Shown: positions 26,076-37,886, counted from the whole stretch's first letter. The stretch: 63,105 nucleotides of DNA, filler included, from Octopus bimaculoides (GCF_001194135.2; 7 parts of 6 records of this genome joined end to end with filler, not necessarily neighbours in it), one strand, 5' to 3'. Translations and numbers: made by a program. Notes: generated by a model from the letters alone, not told the origin.

Positions 26076-26450
26076 AGGAAGCGCAATGGCCCAGTGGTTA
26101 GGGCAGCGGACTCGCGGTCATAGGATCGCGGTTTCGATTCCCAGAACGGGCGTTGTGAGTGTTTATTGAGCGAAAACACCTAAAGCTCCACGAGGCTCCG
26201 GCAGGGGATGGTGGCGAACCCTGCTGTACTCTTTCACCACAACTTTCTCTCACTCTTACTTCCTGTTTCTGTTGTGCCTGTAATTCAAAGGATCAGCCTT
26301 GTCAAACTGTGTCACGCTGAATATCCCCGAGAACTACGTTAAGGGTACACGTGTCTGTGGAGTGCTCAGCGTCTTGCACGTTAATTTCACGATTGATCGG
26401 ATCAACTGGAACCGTCGATGTCGTAAGCGACGGAGTGCCATCAACAATAC
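26076..26450 (+). mobile_element. SINE family C, full length
   Basis: A box tggcccagtgg, B box ggtttcgattccc, tail ending cggagtgccatcaacaat. Confidence 0.9.
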
Positions 26451-26754
26451 GCGCTTCAATATAGGTGTAAGTATTGTTTTGTTTTCGCTACAGTTCACTG
26501 AAATATAAAGAAATTTTGGTCTTTTGATTTTTTTAGCCCTATATGAAAATAACTGGTTCAATACTATCTCTTGGTTTAATCTTTATTTCTCCAACTGCCT
26601 GCTCCCTATTTAATTCTTTTACATTTGTTTTTTTATATATATTGCTATATATTTAAATATTTGTTTTTTTAATTTGCTATAACTACTTCCTGGCTCACTT
26701 TTCCGTTTCCTTCTTAACAACATCAAGGATTTCATATTTTGCCACAAGGGCAGC

Positions 26755-26938
26755 ACTTTTGGGGGAAGGGACATGTCGATTGCATCGACCCCAGTGTTCA
26801 AAATGGTGCTTATTTTATCGACTCCGAAAGGATGAAAGGCAAAGTCGACCTCGGCGGAATTTGAACTCAGAACGTAGCGACGGACGAAATACCACGAAGC
26901 ATTTCGTCCAGCGCGCTAACAATTCCGCCAGCTCGCTG
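26755..26938 (-). mobile_element. SINE family A
   Basis: Reverse-complement core and head. Confidence 0.85.
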
Positions 26939-27014
26939 CTTTCTTAACGTCAAGGATGGTCAAATCCCTAAACTTAGATCCAACACCTTGAATGATATAA
27001 AAGAAAAAATATGC

Positions 27015-27240
27015 TACTGAATTGTCCGGAACGTTCGTGCCTATTTATAGTAGCTTACCTTTCGACTTGAAACCTTTGCCATGAAACCACCTCAGTTCTG
27101 GGTAGAGGGTATTTTCAAAGATGGAGACGCATTGTGCAACAAAATGGTTCACATTTGGTTGATTCAAAATGTAATGGAAAGTATTTATTGACCTTTTTCT
27201 TTCCTTTAAAAATCGGCACGAACTTTCGGACAACCCAATA
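27015..27240 (+). mobile_element. mariner-derived MITE
   Basis: TIRs ttgtccggaacgttcgtgcc (27022-27041) and ggcacgaactttcggacaa (27215-27233), TA flanks, internal WRRIVQQNGSHLVD resembling the mariner transposase C-terminus. Confidence 0.7.
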
Positions 27241-27721
27241 TAATCTGACTTTTTATGATATGTGTGTGTCTGCGTGCGCGTGCGTGCGTATATTTTTATA
27301 TATATTTATGTATATATATATACGTATATATGGGAGAATTTACGAAAAAAAAACAACAGACGAAGACAGGTGGTGTAAACAACAAATGGCTGTATTAATT
27401 TACATATATATATATATATACACATACATATGTAAGTATATATACATATTTATCTGCATGTGTGTGTGTGTAAGAAAAAAAAGGATTATCAATAAAGCAC
27501 TCAGTATCAAAAGAATTTGGTTAGCAATGATCAACAATTAGACACCAGTAAATGTAAGTAGAGCACAGATCCCAAGTAAACCCTTATGCATGACAGGTAA
27601 ATCCAAATATCCTTTGGCAGAAAGACAAACTGGAATAGACAAGACAAGACCAGAGAAAAGAGGAGATACAGGGGATAGAAAGTTGAAGAGGTGAAACATT
27701 TCTGACAAACTAATAATAATC

Positions 27722-27918
27722 CTTTCTACTATAGGCACAAGGCCTGAAATATGAAGGAGGGGGTAGTTCGATTACATCGATCTCAGTGTTTCACTGGTAC
27801 TTAATTTATCGACCCCGAAAGGATGAAAGGCAAAGACGACCTCGGTGGAATTTGAACTCAGAACGTAGCGGCAGACGAAATACTGCTAAGCATTTCGCCC
27901 GGCGGGCTAACGATTCTT
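27722..27918 (-). mobile_element. SINE family A
   Basis: Reverse-complement core. Confidence 0.85.
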
Positions 27919-28048
27919 TTCTACTCTTGACTGATAATAGATAAATGGTAAAAGATATTTGAGGATGGTCACCTTTTGCCAATTAAACACACTCACTATT
28001 TATTTGATCTTCACTTTAGCTTTATCATTTACTATTATTAGTTTGTCA

Positions 28049-28230
28049 AAGGCGGCGAGCTGGCAGAAACGTTAGCACACCGAGTGAAATTCTTTGAGGT
28101 ATTTCGTCTTCCGCTACGCTTTGAGTTCAAATTCTGCCGAGGTCGACTTTGCCTTTCATCCTTTTGCGTTCTAGGGCCGACCTAATCTACCCCAAAATTT
28201 CGGTCCTTGTGCCTAGAATAGAAAAGGTTA
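28049..28230 (+). mobile_element. SINE family A
   Basis: ggcggcgagctggcagaaacgttagc head and core. Confidence 0.85.
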
Positions 28231-28989
28231 TTGTATCAGTCATTTAACTGCTGCCATGCTGGAGCACCGCCTTGGCGTATTTTTAGTCGAATGAATCGAT
28301 CCTAGCAATTTTCTTTTGAACCTGGGGATCTTGTTCAAAACGGGGGCACCAGTTTTCATTTATGTTTTATGTAGTGTTTTTGGTACCGAAAGACTTTCAA
28401 ACTTCGTATACTTATCTATTTTGTGTTATAGAACAGAAAAAAAATTTTGTATTCNNNNNNNNNNNNNNNNNNNNNNNNNNNNNNNNNNNNNNNNNNNNNN
28501 NNNNNNNNNNNNNNNNNNNNNNNNNNNNNNNNNNNNNNNNNNNNNNNNNNNNNNNNNNNNNNNNNNNNNNNNNNNNNNNNNNNNNNNNNNNNNNNNNNNN
28601 NNNNNNNNNNNNNNNNNNNNNNNNNNNNNNNNNNNNNNNNNNNNNNNNNNNNNNNNNNNNNNNNNNNNNNNNNNNNNNNNNNNNNNNNNNNNNNNNNNNN
28701 NNNNNNNNNNNNNNNNNNNNNNNNNNNNNNNNNNNNNNNNNNNNNNNNNNNNNNNNNNNNNNNNNNNNNNNNNNNNNNNNNNNNNNNNNNNNNNNNNNNN
28801 NNNNNNNNNNNNNNNAGAATCGTTTGTTTACGTAGTCAGCACTTAATGAATTCGGCTGAATGGATGTCAGTCATTGGTTGAAATTACAGAAATACGACAA
28901 CTTTAACATGAAATAACTTGCGATGTACGTTTTTTTGTTAAGAAGACTAAGAGAAAAAGATGTTTTATATGACACATTCTACCAGCGTC

Positions 28990-29258
28990 CCAAGTTTCAA
29001 AGTGTTTCGTTAAAAAAATACTGGTGCCCCCGTTTTGAACAGGATCCGAACCTGGTACCTATTTCATCAGTTTCCTTTTTGCCGAACCACTATGTTACGG
29101 GAACGTAAACAGACCGTCTCCGGTTGTAAGGCGGAATACAAAATTCCGGTTGGTGGAATACAAACAGACATGCACACACATACGATGGGCTTCTTTTAGA
29201 TTCCGTCTACTAAATCTATTCACAAGGCTTTGGTCGGTCCGAGGCTATAATAGAAAAG
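28990..29258 (-). mobile_element. SINE family B (partial); related fragment at 28232-28440
   Basis: Reverse-complement blocks. Confidence 0.65.
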
Positions 29259-30411
29259 TATATATTTCATTTTACCAGCTATTATTATGAACAAGCACAT
29301 CCCAATATGTGTGTACAAACAAATGTGTGTATATTTGCATACAAACACACATAAACATAGACACCTGCGAAACCCCCACAACTTCACAATTCACAAAGGG
29401 AGGACTTGGAGATTTAAGCACCTTTCTTTAGAGGATTTTTCAATGCACATGCCCCTTTTGTATGATTATTACTTAAGAGCAGTTCATTCAACGTTACAAA
29501 ATTTAATTTATCGATATGGCGCATAACACTGGTATTAGTGACACATATATTCAGGCGACATTAATAATACATATCTAAATTCTTTCTTCTCGGTTCACAT
29601 TTTCCTCACTATACTGTACTTTTACGGAAACGAGCAATATCTATGTTTATAAACGCTGTATATTATGATGCGTGTCATTGTTGTTTGTTTCTTTGCGTAA
29701 AGAGAGTCTCTACTCCATCACATTGCTTTAGTATCTACAAACTTCGGTGACTTTTATTAGACGAACTAGCTTGCGATGTACGTATAAAATAAGTTTGTAT
29801 TGAGCTGCCTACTATGTTAGCACTCCTATATTCAATGCTAGCCGTCTTAGTCCATTACATATTTTGAATTATCATGAATACTTATACATTATTTGCATTA
29901 TGAGAATCATCATCTCTAAAGATAAAGCTGTTTGACATTTTCTGAACGGCGTTTAATTTTTTTTTATCAATTTGTTATGTTTCCAAATTGTAGAAACAAA
30001 CAAACAATGAGTAAGCATTGGCAATATGACATTTAAACTGATATATTTACAAACAAATGTATTTCCATGGATTTCAAAATGTCTTTCTCTCAAAATGTCT
30101 TTCTTTCTTTCTTTTTCCTCCTCTGCCTCTCTCGTAATTTCTCATACAGATAACTTATAGTATATGAATTTAATGTTTCATTGGCTGTGTTGCTTAGTTT
30201 TAATTTTCGGATACTCGAATGACTACATACTGTACATCGAGAATTTAATATTATCTCTCATACTACAGTATTCAACAAACTATTGTAAAATAAAATAAAA
30301 CTAGTTTATTGCCATTTATAATAGCATTACTAAAAACCACTATGAGGACTGGGGTTGAAGTAATGGAATAGCCTCCTCCCCCAAATTTCAGGTCTGGTGC
30401 CTATAGTAGAA

Positions 30412-30414
30412 AGA

Positions 30415-30470
<56 letters not shown>
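30412..30470. repeat. (ATT)n microsatellite between a SINE tail and the Dong-like 3' end
   Basis: Read directly. Confidence 0.95.
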
Positions 30471-30474
<4 letters not shown>

Positions 30475-30925
30475 TAGTTTTATTTTTATAACGTGTTTTC
30501 ACTTCACTACCGAGCGCAGCTCTGCGTGCCTTGGGTATGTGCTGTGGTTTGCTGTGATGCTCTTATGGTTACTGTATTGAAAGTGTTTTGCGTAGGATAT
30601 GTGCAGTGCCCAGTAGTGCAATTTTCTGTATGTTATATATATTTGTAAGTCCTAGTGTTTTTGTTATGTATTTGTCTGAATATTTTTTATTATACCTAAG
30701 GCGCCTACTATGATAGGAATTGTTTCTGTTTTTAGATTCCACATTCGAGCTACCTCTATTTCCAGGTCTTTGTATTTTGAAAGTTGCTCTATTTCTTTTA
30801 GGGAAACGTTGTCATCTGCTGGTATTGATACATCAATTAGAAAGCATTTTTTTCCTTCATGATCTTTGACAACTATATCTGGTATATTGGGCTTAATTTC
30901 TCTATCTGTGTGTATTGGCATATTA
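30471..30925 (-). mobile_element. R4/Dong-clade non-LTR retrotransposon 3' end (restriction-like endonuclease)
   Basis: PIHTDREIKPNIPDIVVKD..CFLIDVSIPADDNVSLKEIEQLSKYKDLEIEVARMW..TIPIIVGALG, frameshift, IQKIALLGTAHILRKTLSIQ* (stop 30569-30571), 3' UTR, (TAA)n. Confidence 0.85.
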
Positions 30926-31849
30926 GTATATTGGTATATTGTATGTAGTAAAGAACAAAACTTATGGGACTAACCTTCAACATTGAAATTGGGGTATGGG
31001 CAGATGTTCACAAAATAACCGTCATAATCTTGTGTCTAAACACATGGCGCAGTATAGTAGAAGAGTGATAGTCTGAGGTCTAGAAAGTGTCGTTTATCCC
31101 TTTAGTTCGTTTCGCCTTTGTAAATCAATAATTCTATTTCGCCATTGAGACTCATTATGTCACTCACTATTTGTTTGTAATGCATATGTATTCGCATTAC
31201 GAAGAAATAGCGAATAATTATAGGTGGTCACGTGGTGTCAATGTAAATATTTCTGTTCTTATAATCCCTGAAGATCACAAGGCTCATGCAGAAACGATCC
31301 CATTTGTGAGAGCTAAGTCAGAAAGAAATTTTGCGGCAGCAAAAGCCTCTCTGGGACTTAGTTTACTGAAGAGCTAGAAAAATGGGAAAAGTATAACTTC
31401 TAGAAGCTTCTTCAGTAGCATTGCTGTCGAAGATGGCAAATGGTATCCTTTCGTGCCCGGTATTCTATGTTCGTTACTACACATCCTTCCACGTGAGCAT
31501 GGTTAGCAATGACAGGGAAGAGGAGAGTGATCAACAGTAGCAATGATAATAAGCAGCGTTGGCCCTAACTTTGAAAGACGGATTGAACTATCCCTCTTGT
31601 CCTCGATCCTCAAACTCGACAAATGGGATTCTTCTCTTTTCTCAATCACATCGTCTTCTGACAATGGAGACATAACGGAAGATGAAGAGGTGAGGAAATC
31701 TACTGAAAAAAGAAAGAAAACCCAACAGTGAAGGAATGGACTCAAAGACGTTTAAAACGTAGCAAGTAGGTGATGACAACATTAGACCCATGGTCGTTCG
31801 AAAGACAAACCAATTCTTTATTAACAAAATAACCAAGTTGTAGTGCAAC

Positions 31850-32760
31850 GCATTTTGTTCAAGGGTTGCATTCAGTAATGTTTGGAACAGTGTAGGTTTG
31901 TATTTCTGTATTACATTTGATTTATTATGAGCTTTCTTGTTTTATTTCTGGTGTTGCTTAACGTTTTGTTCACTTGTGCAGAGCATGCGATGTGTGAGAT
32001 TTGTTTTTGTTGTTGTATTGGGTGAAGGACTGTATTGTGTGAGCTGTGTTATAGTGTTATTCTATGGTAATTTTATAGAAGCTGGTTGGATTATTCGTGA
32101 CTGTTATATCGAGTGTGTCTTACGTAGAATTATTTTTATTCATTGTGTTATTTTATTTGATAACGATTATGTAGATTATATACTGTCTGGTTTGTGATGA
32201 TTTAATGGGTGGCGTTTATATAGCGCTTTGCGTTGTGTGAGATGTGCAGAAAATGTACTGTGTGATTTCGGTTATTGGTTTGAGACTGTTTTGAGCAGGA
32301 GTAAGAGTGATTTCTTGACAAACACAATTTCCCACAGACATTGTTAGCTGAGAAGTAGTATTCATAATCTTAAAAGGTATCCTTCAAAAGCGAATGTACG
32401 GGGATAACTGGGTGAGTTTTAGAATAGTTAATATTTGATTAAAATTTATGCAGATATTTTTGAATCAAGAAAGCTCATATTCTTGACAACAGAATTTTCG
32501 AAACTGATTATTTTAGGACCTGGGAGGGATAATGTTGTGTCGACGCCCTCAAGCGAAGAAGTAGGATCGTCCAAGACATATAAATAGATGTAGTCTGGCC
32601 GCGGTAGAGCTGAGTAGCCGTCGTGTAGCGGTTGAGTAGAGATAGCAGTATCTTGAGACATAACAGATAATACGTACAACTATATGTGAAAGGGCTATGT
32701 AAGCAAATGAACTGAATCATACAAGCGTCATAACTAAATATTTTCAAACGTATGTGAACC
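31850..32760 (-). mobile_element. Decayed Penelope-like reverse transcriptase remnant
   Basis: Frameshifted traces: LHSPFTYSCTYYL (MGSPLSP-like), IYLYVLDD/ILLL (YVDDI-like), KIISFENSVVKNMSFLDSKI (IKFT.E.E.NN.ISFLD-like), EIVFVKKSLL, KSNVIQK. Confidence 0.5.
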
Positions 32761-33658
32761 TGTTTTTCATATGCAAGTAGCTAAATGCAATTTTGCGCCT
32801 ACGTCTCTATATTTCTTGGAAATATAATGTGAAAAACTTTCTTCGGTTACGTGTTACTCAGCATAAGCAAGTTGTATGATGCGTAGTGTATAATTTGATA
32901 TGCATCGCTAATAATTAAGTTACAATTCACAATGCAAATTGATCTAATACAATAATGTAAATGTTCGTTGTATGCTGCACTTTTTCAATGTAAATAAAAC
33001 TGCACATCTCTACAATATATGACAAAAACAATGTTTTTCTGAAAAATCCTAAGCAATAATGTTTATCTGTAGAGTAACGCTTCGCTATCGGTCGTGATTC
33101 AAATTGTGTTGCAGTATAATTCTGAAATAGTCAAGAAGACAAACATTCTTTTTCTGAAATATTTGATAAAATATGCGATGTTCATGAATATATTATACAA
33201 ATAGGCCATATATATATAAGATCAACAAGATATTTATCGCAAACAAAAATTTAGTAATATTTCATTAACGAAAAGTATCAAATATTAATGTATTCAATCT
33301 TTAGAAAATTGTTTCTTTGAATTTTTAATAAAGGTGATGCAGAGGATGTGATTTGCCAAAATAGGTCGTGATGGTAAAAGCTTAAAAGCCGTTGATCAAC
33401 AATAATATGACAGTAGCATATCATCAACCACAAAATTTAATAAATTATTTCTCCTCAACCATGCAAGTCAAGGGTGGAAGCCATACGTTGCTGTACTATC
33501 TACTAGAAGTAGAAATATCAACTAGTGACCCACCTCTGAAATCAAACATTTGCCATCTTAAAAGAGTGGATAATGTAGTCATAGAAATAATGTTAAGAAA
33601 GATGGGTCTAGACAACAATAACAATAACAATTTGTCCTTTGGCAACGCATCATAACTC

Positions 33659-33989
33659 TGTAGTAACGCCGTGCGCATGCGTGGTCTCACGCATGCGTGG
33701 AATTAAACAGCCAAGCGTTCCCGCTTTAATCTTTCTCTTTCTCGGTCGGCCGGCCATGAGCATGGACGTGTCAAGCAGTGTCTCCAACATTCCAACCTGG
33801 AGACAGTCTCTTTACGTGTATAGCTGTCACTCTCCATCTTTCGGACTTACACTCGACAGCTCGCTCACATCTACATAACAACGTCGCAACAACTATGCTC
33901 ACACACACAGAAGCTGTAACAACAAGAGCTAAAGATGTATATATTTACCACCTAAATAAATGTTGTTTAAGTTGATAGTCTGGAGTTCT
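33659..33989 (+). mobile_element. Possible solo LTR (3' end runs into a gap)
   Basis: Starts TGTAG, CpG-rich 5' part with TGCGCATGCG, AATAAA near the end; unlike AT-rich flanks. Terminal CA not visible. Confidence 0.35.
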
Positions 33990-34169
33990 NNNNNNNNNNN
34001 NNNNNNNNNNNNNNNNNNNNNNNNNNNNNNNNNTTAATTAATTAANNNNNNNNNNNNNNNNNNNNNNNNNNNNNNNNNNNNNNNNNNNNATATATATATA
34101 TATATATATACTTAGAGATGGATGCGTCACGTTGAATTAGAAGATAATAAATGATATATGTGTATGTAT

Positions 34170-34362
34170 ATATTTATGTATTTGTGTGTCTGTGTTTGTT
34201 CCCGCTACAATCACTTGACAACCGATGATAGTTCGGCAAATGATATCGATAGAATAAGTACTAAGCTTACAAAGAATAACTCATGGGGTCGATTTGTTCG
34301 ACTAAAACGCGGTGCTCCAGCATGACCGCAGTCAAATGATTGAAACAAATAAAAGAATGAAA
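34170..34362 (+). mobile_element. SINE family B, 3' part
   Basis: gatagaataagtactaagcttacaaagaataa..ggtgctccagcatg..gattgaaacaa. Confidence 0.75.
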
Positions 34363-34435
34363 TAATAAAAAAGATATTTTGAGTATTATAGGAGCATAAC
34401 CAATCCATTGCACATAAATTTTAACATCAAAATCT

Positions 34436-34535
34436 TATTATTATTATTATTATTATTATCCAGGTCACTGCCTGGAATCGAACTCGCAATCTTGGGGTTA
34501 GTATCCCGCGCTCTTAACCACTATGCCATGTGCCC
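34436..34535 (-). mobile_element. tRNA-derived SINE head with (AAT)n tract
   Basis: Minus: gggcacaTGGCATAGTGGttaagagcgcgggatactaaccccaagattgcGAGTTCGATTCCaggcagtgacctgg(ata)n; Pol III A and B boxes. Confidence 0.75.
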
Positions 34536-34543
34536 GTAAGCTT

Positions 34544-34585
34544 AACGTTTCGGCTGATGTACTCTCCAGCCTTCATTAGGTGTCC
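34544..34585 (-). ncRNA. Minimal type I hammerhead ribozyme-like motif, G5A-mutated, truncated at the predicted cleavage site
   Basis: Minus: GGACAC-CTAATGA-A-GGCTG-GAGAGTACAT-CAGCC-GAAA-C-GT-T; perfect 5-bp stem II, palindromic AACGTT; the 3' strand of stem I is missing. Confidence 0.6.
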
Positions 34586-34659
34586 TGGGGAAATTTCGAA
34601 CTTTGGTTCTTATTCCTAAGGTATTTTCCCGATGTTGTTGTTGTTATTATTATTATTGT

Positions 34660-34913
34660 TCAGTAGTTTTATTTTTATAACATGCTTTCACTTCACTACC
34701 GAGCGTAGCTCTGTGTGCCTTGGGTATGTGCTGTGGTTTGCTGTTATGCTCTTATGGTTACTGTATTGAAAGTGCTTTGCGTAGGATGTGTGCAGTGCTT
34801 AGTAGTGCAATTTTCTGTATGTTATATATATTTGTAAGTCCTGGTGTTTTTGTTATGTATTTGTCTGAATATTTTTTTTTATTATACCTATAATAGGAAT
34901 TGTTTCTGTTTTT
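34660..34913 (-). mobile_element. Second R4/Dong-clade 3' end (5' part lost in gap)
   Basis: Near-identical to 30471-30730: KTETIPII..KYSDKYITKTPGLTNIYNIQKIALLSTAHILRKALSIQ*, ending in (AAT)n(AAC)n. Confidence 0.85.
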
Positions 34914-35675
34914 NNNNNNNNNNNNNNNNNNNNNNNNNNNNNNNNNNNNNNNNNNNNNNNNNNNNNNNNNNNNNNNNNNNNNNNNNNNNNNNNNNNNNNN
35001 NNNNNNNNNNNNNNNNNNNNNNNNNNNNNNNNNNNNNNNNNNNNNNNNNNNNNNNNNNNNNNNNNNNNNNNNNNNNNNNNNNNNNNNNNNNNNNNNNNNN
35101 NNNNNNNNNNNNNNNNNNNNNNNNNNNNNNNNNNNNNNNNNNNNNNNNNNNNNNNNNNNNNNNNNNNNNNNNNNNNNNNNNNNNNNNNNNNNNNNNNNNN
35201 NNNNNNNNNNNNNNNNNNNNNNNNNNNNNNNNNNNNNNNNNNNNNNNNNNNNNNNNNNNNNNNNNNNNNNNNNNNNNNNNNNNNNNNNNNNNNNNNNNNN
35301 NNNNNNNNNNNNNNNNNNNNNNNNNNNNNNNNNNNNNNNNNNNNNNNNNNNNNNNNNNNNNNNNNNNNNNNNNNNNNNNNNNNNNNNNNNNNNNNNNNNN
35401 NNNNNNNNNNNNNNNNNNNNNNNNNNNNNNNNNNNNNNNNNNNNNNNNNNNNNNNNNNNNNNNNNNNNNNNNNNNNNNNNNNNNNNNNNNNNNNNNNNNN
35501 NNNNNNNNNNNNNNNNNNNNNNNNNNNNNNNNNNNNNNNNNNNNNNNNNNNNNNNNNNNNNNNNNNNNNNNNNNNNNNNNNNNNNNNNNNNNNNNNNNNN
35601 NNNNNNNNNNNNNNNNNNNNNNNNNNNNNNNNNNNNNNNNNNNNNNNNNNNNNNNNNNNNNNNNNNNNNNNNNNN

Positions 35676-35723
<48 letters not shown>

Positions 35724-36117
35724 ATAGCTTTCGAAAATTTCCCATGGGTGACTTCTGTACGAAGACAATATAGTTTATAGAAGGCCACCATAAATAATGT
35801 GGTTAACCGTAAATAACTTTTAATCAATTAATACTACATATGATTCTATGTTCTTGTAAATATAATGTTGGGAAAGGTTCCTATGTCATGATTTTACTTT
35901 ATCTAATCTATATGAAATCATTCTGAGGTCTTAATAATTAAGGAGGTTTCTCATTTGGCCCTCTTGAATGCCGTTTTCACTAACAAAGGGACTTTCTTTC
36001 CTGTTACGGTTTTGTGTCCTTTTTCGTCTCTCTTAGAAATCATTAGACCAGTTATGACGCTTCCATGCATATAAGTGACCAAGATCTCATCAGAGATACC
36101 GGTTGCGTCACAGATTT

Positions 36118-36321
36118 CAAGGCCAACAACCTTTGAGTGAGGTGGGACAAATCGACTACATCGACTCCAATACTTGGCTGAAAATTTTATTTTAACGGTT
36201 CCAAAGAAATGAAAGGTAACGTTGACCAAAGCGAGATTTGAACTCAGAGCATAGAGTGTCAGAAAGAAATACCGCAAAGCACCTTGTCCAACAGTCTAAC
36301 GACTTTCCCATCTCACCACCT
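36118..36321 (-). mobile_element. SINE family A (degenerate)
   Basis: Reverse-complement core. Confidence 0.65.
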
Positions 36322-36545
36322 TACGAAGCGGTAATGAAAATTTCCTGGCTTTAAGGGTTTCGCGAAAGGCCTGGCTGGAGGCCCAGCCTTCCGATTTCTT
36401 TTACAGGGCTTAGAAAAACTGAAGAATTGCTGCAATAAGTGTGTGAATCTGTGAGGGGAATATGTTGAATAAAATCATAATATACTGATCCTCTTGTATT
36501 TTCTTTTACCCAAAACCCGCAAATTTTCAGAACCCGGCTCCTATA
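36322..36545 (+). mobile_element. mariner-derived MITE with transposase C-terminal remnant
   Basis: TA|cgaagcggtaatgaaaatttcctggcttt left end; WLEAQPSDFF/QGLEKLKNCCNKCVNL*GEYVE* at 36372-36472 (mariner FF..GI.KL..RW.KCV...GEYVE motif). Confidence 0.7.
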
Positions 36546-37140
36546 TGTTTAATTAATGTTTAATTATGTTTAACTAATTAAATTAATTTTCGGCACGTAA
36601 TATTCAGTATTGCATCCTACATTAAATGTACGTTCTTTCTTAACACCGATTTCCCACAACCAATCGTAATATCATTATCCATCAACAATCTCATCATATT
36701 CAGGTGTGTAACTATATAATATATATTTCATTAACACAACCTTTCTCGTAGCAGAACCATACAGACAAAAAAAACAAAAAAACTGAACGTTTCCACATAG
36801 ATCCCTGAATTCCTTTGATCTAACAGACCAACATCCCCAGGTTAGAGCAGAATTACCACCAGACAAAAGAGAAACAATAAATTGGAAGAATTCGAATAAA
36901 TTAGCCGGTCCCGTGTCATATGTATCTGAATCCAGTGATTGCCTAACCCTGATTTTTCACCTAACCGTCATCTTGCATACATTAATTTTTTCACCTGATT
37001 TATCGTTCACAGAGAGGAATAGAGAATATTTTCTAACCAAAACGATATACACATATGCACAGTGTGCGATGGGTAAATTGCCGTCATTTTATGTCTTTAA
37101 TTTTGTGCACGCGTATTGTTTGTTTTTGATTTTGTGTGTT

Positions 37141-37180
<40 letters not shown>

Positions 37181-37181
<1 letters not shown>

Positions 37182-37367
37182 TTATTCCCCACAGAGGGTT
37201 AAACATAGAGGGGACAGACAAGGACAAACAAAGGGATTAAGTCGATTACGTCGACTCCAGTGTGTAACTGGTATTTATTTAATCGAGCCCGAAAGGATAA
37301 AATGCAGTCAACCTCGGCGGGTTTAAACTCAGAACGTAACGGCTAACGTTTCTGTTAACTCGCCGCC
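37181..37367 (-). mobile_element. SINE family A (subtype with cccacagaggg..ggacaa tail)
   Basis: Same tail subtype as about 5050-5110 and 62022-62080. Confidence 0.75.
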
Positions 37368-37852
37368 ATAATGCATATATATATAAATACACTCAATTAC
37401 GTAAACACATACAAACATGCGTACAATTCACACATATTTGTACATACACGCACATACATATATATATATATATAGTAGAGACAATTCATACTGAATATAG
37501 AATATACTATAAACTTTATTTACCACAAAGGTCATTTCGACACATCCTGCACCGCTGTCTTTTGGGTGGGAAACGTTACAATGAATTGCAATTAACACCG
37601 CAGTGCAGAAGCATCTCTTCAGGTGATATGACTTGGCTTCTTGTTACATAATTGACGTTACGTTCGAAAGCTTAACTGAAACATGTTGATAGCAGTCGTA
37701 CCTAAAATACATTGTAGAGGCGAGAGGAATGGCTACGAACAGATTAAGTTGCTACTCAGGGAATACAAACAGGAAGTAATTGAGAAAACAGAGGGACTAG
37801 AGAAACACCCAAAACACAGTTTGAATTTTATATTTTAATCTAAAGTGTTAGT

Positions 37853-37886
<34 letters not shown>

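Noticed and set aside
31171-31848. Overlapping short ORFs with acidic/basic patches
   Set aside because: Stops in all frames and no recognisable motif; probably decayed TE sequence next to the Penelope-like remnant.
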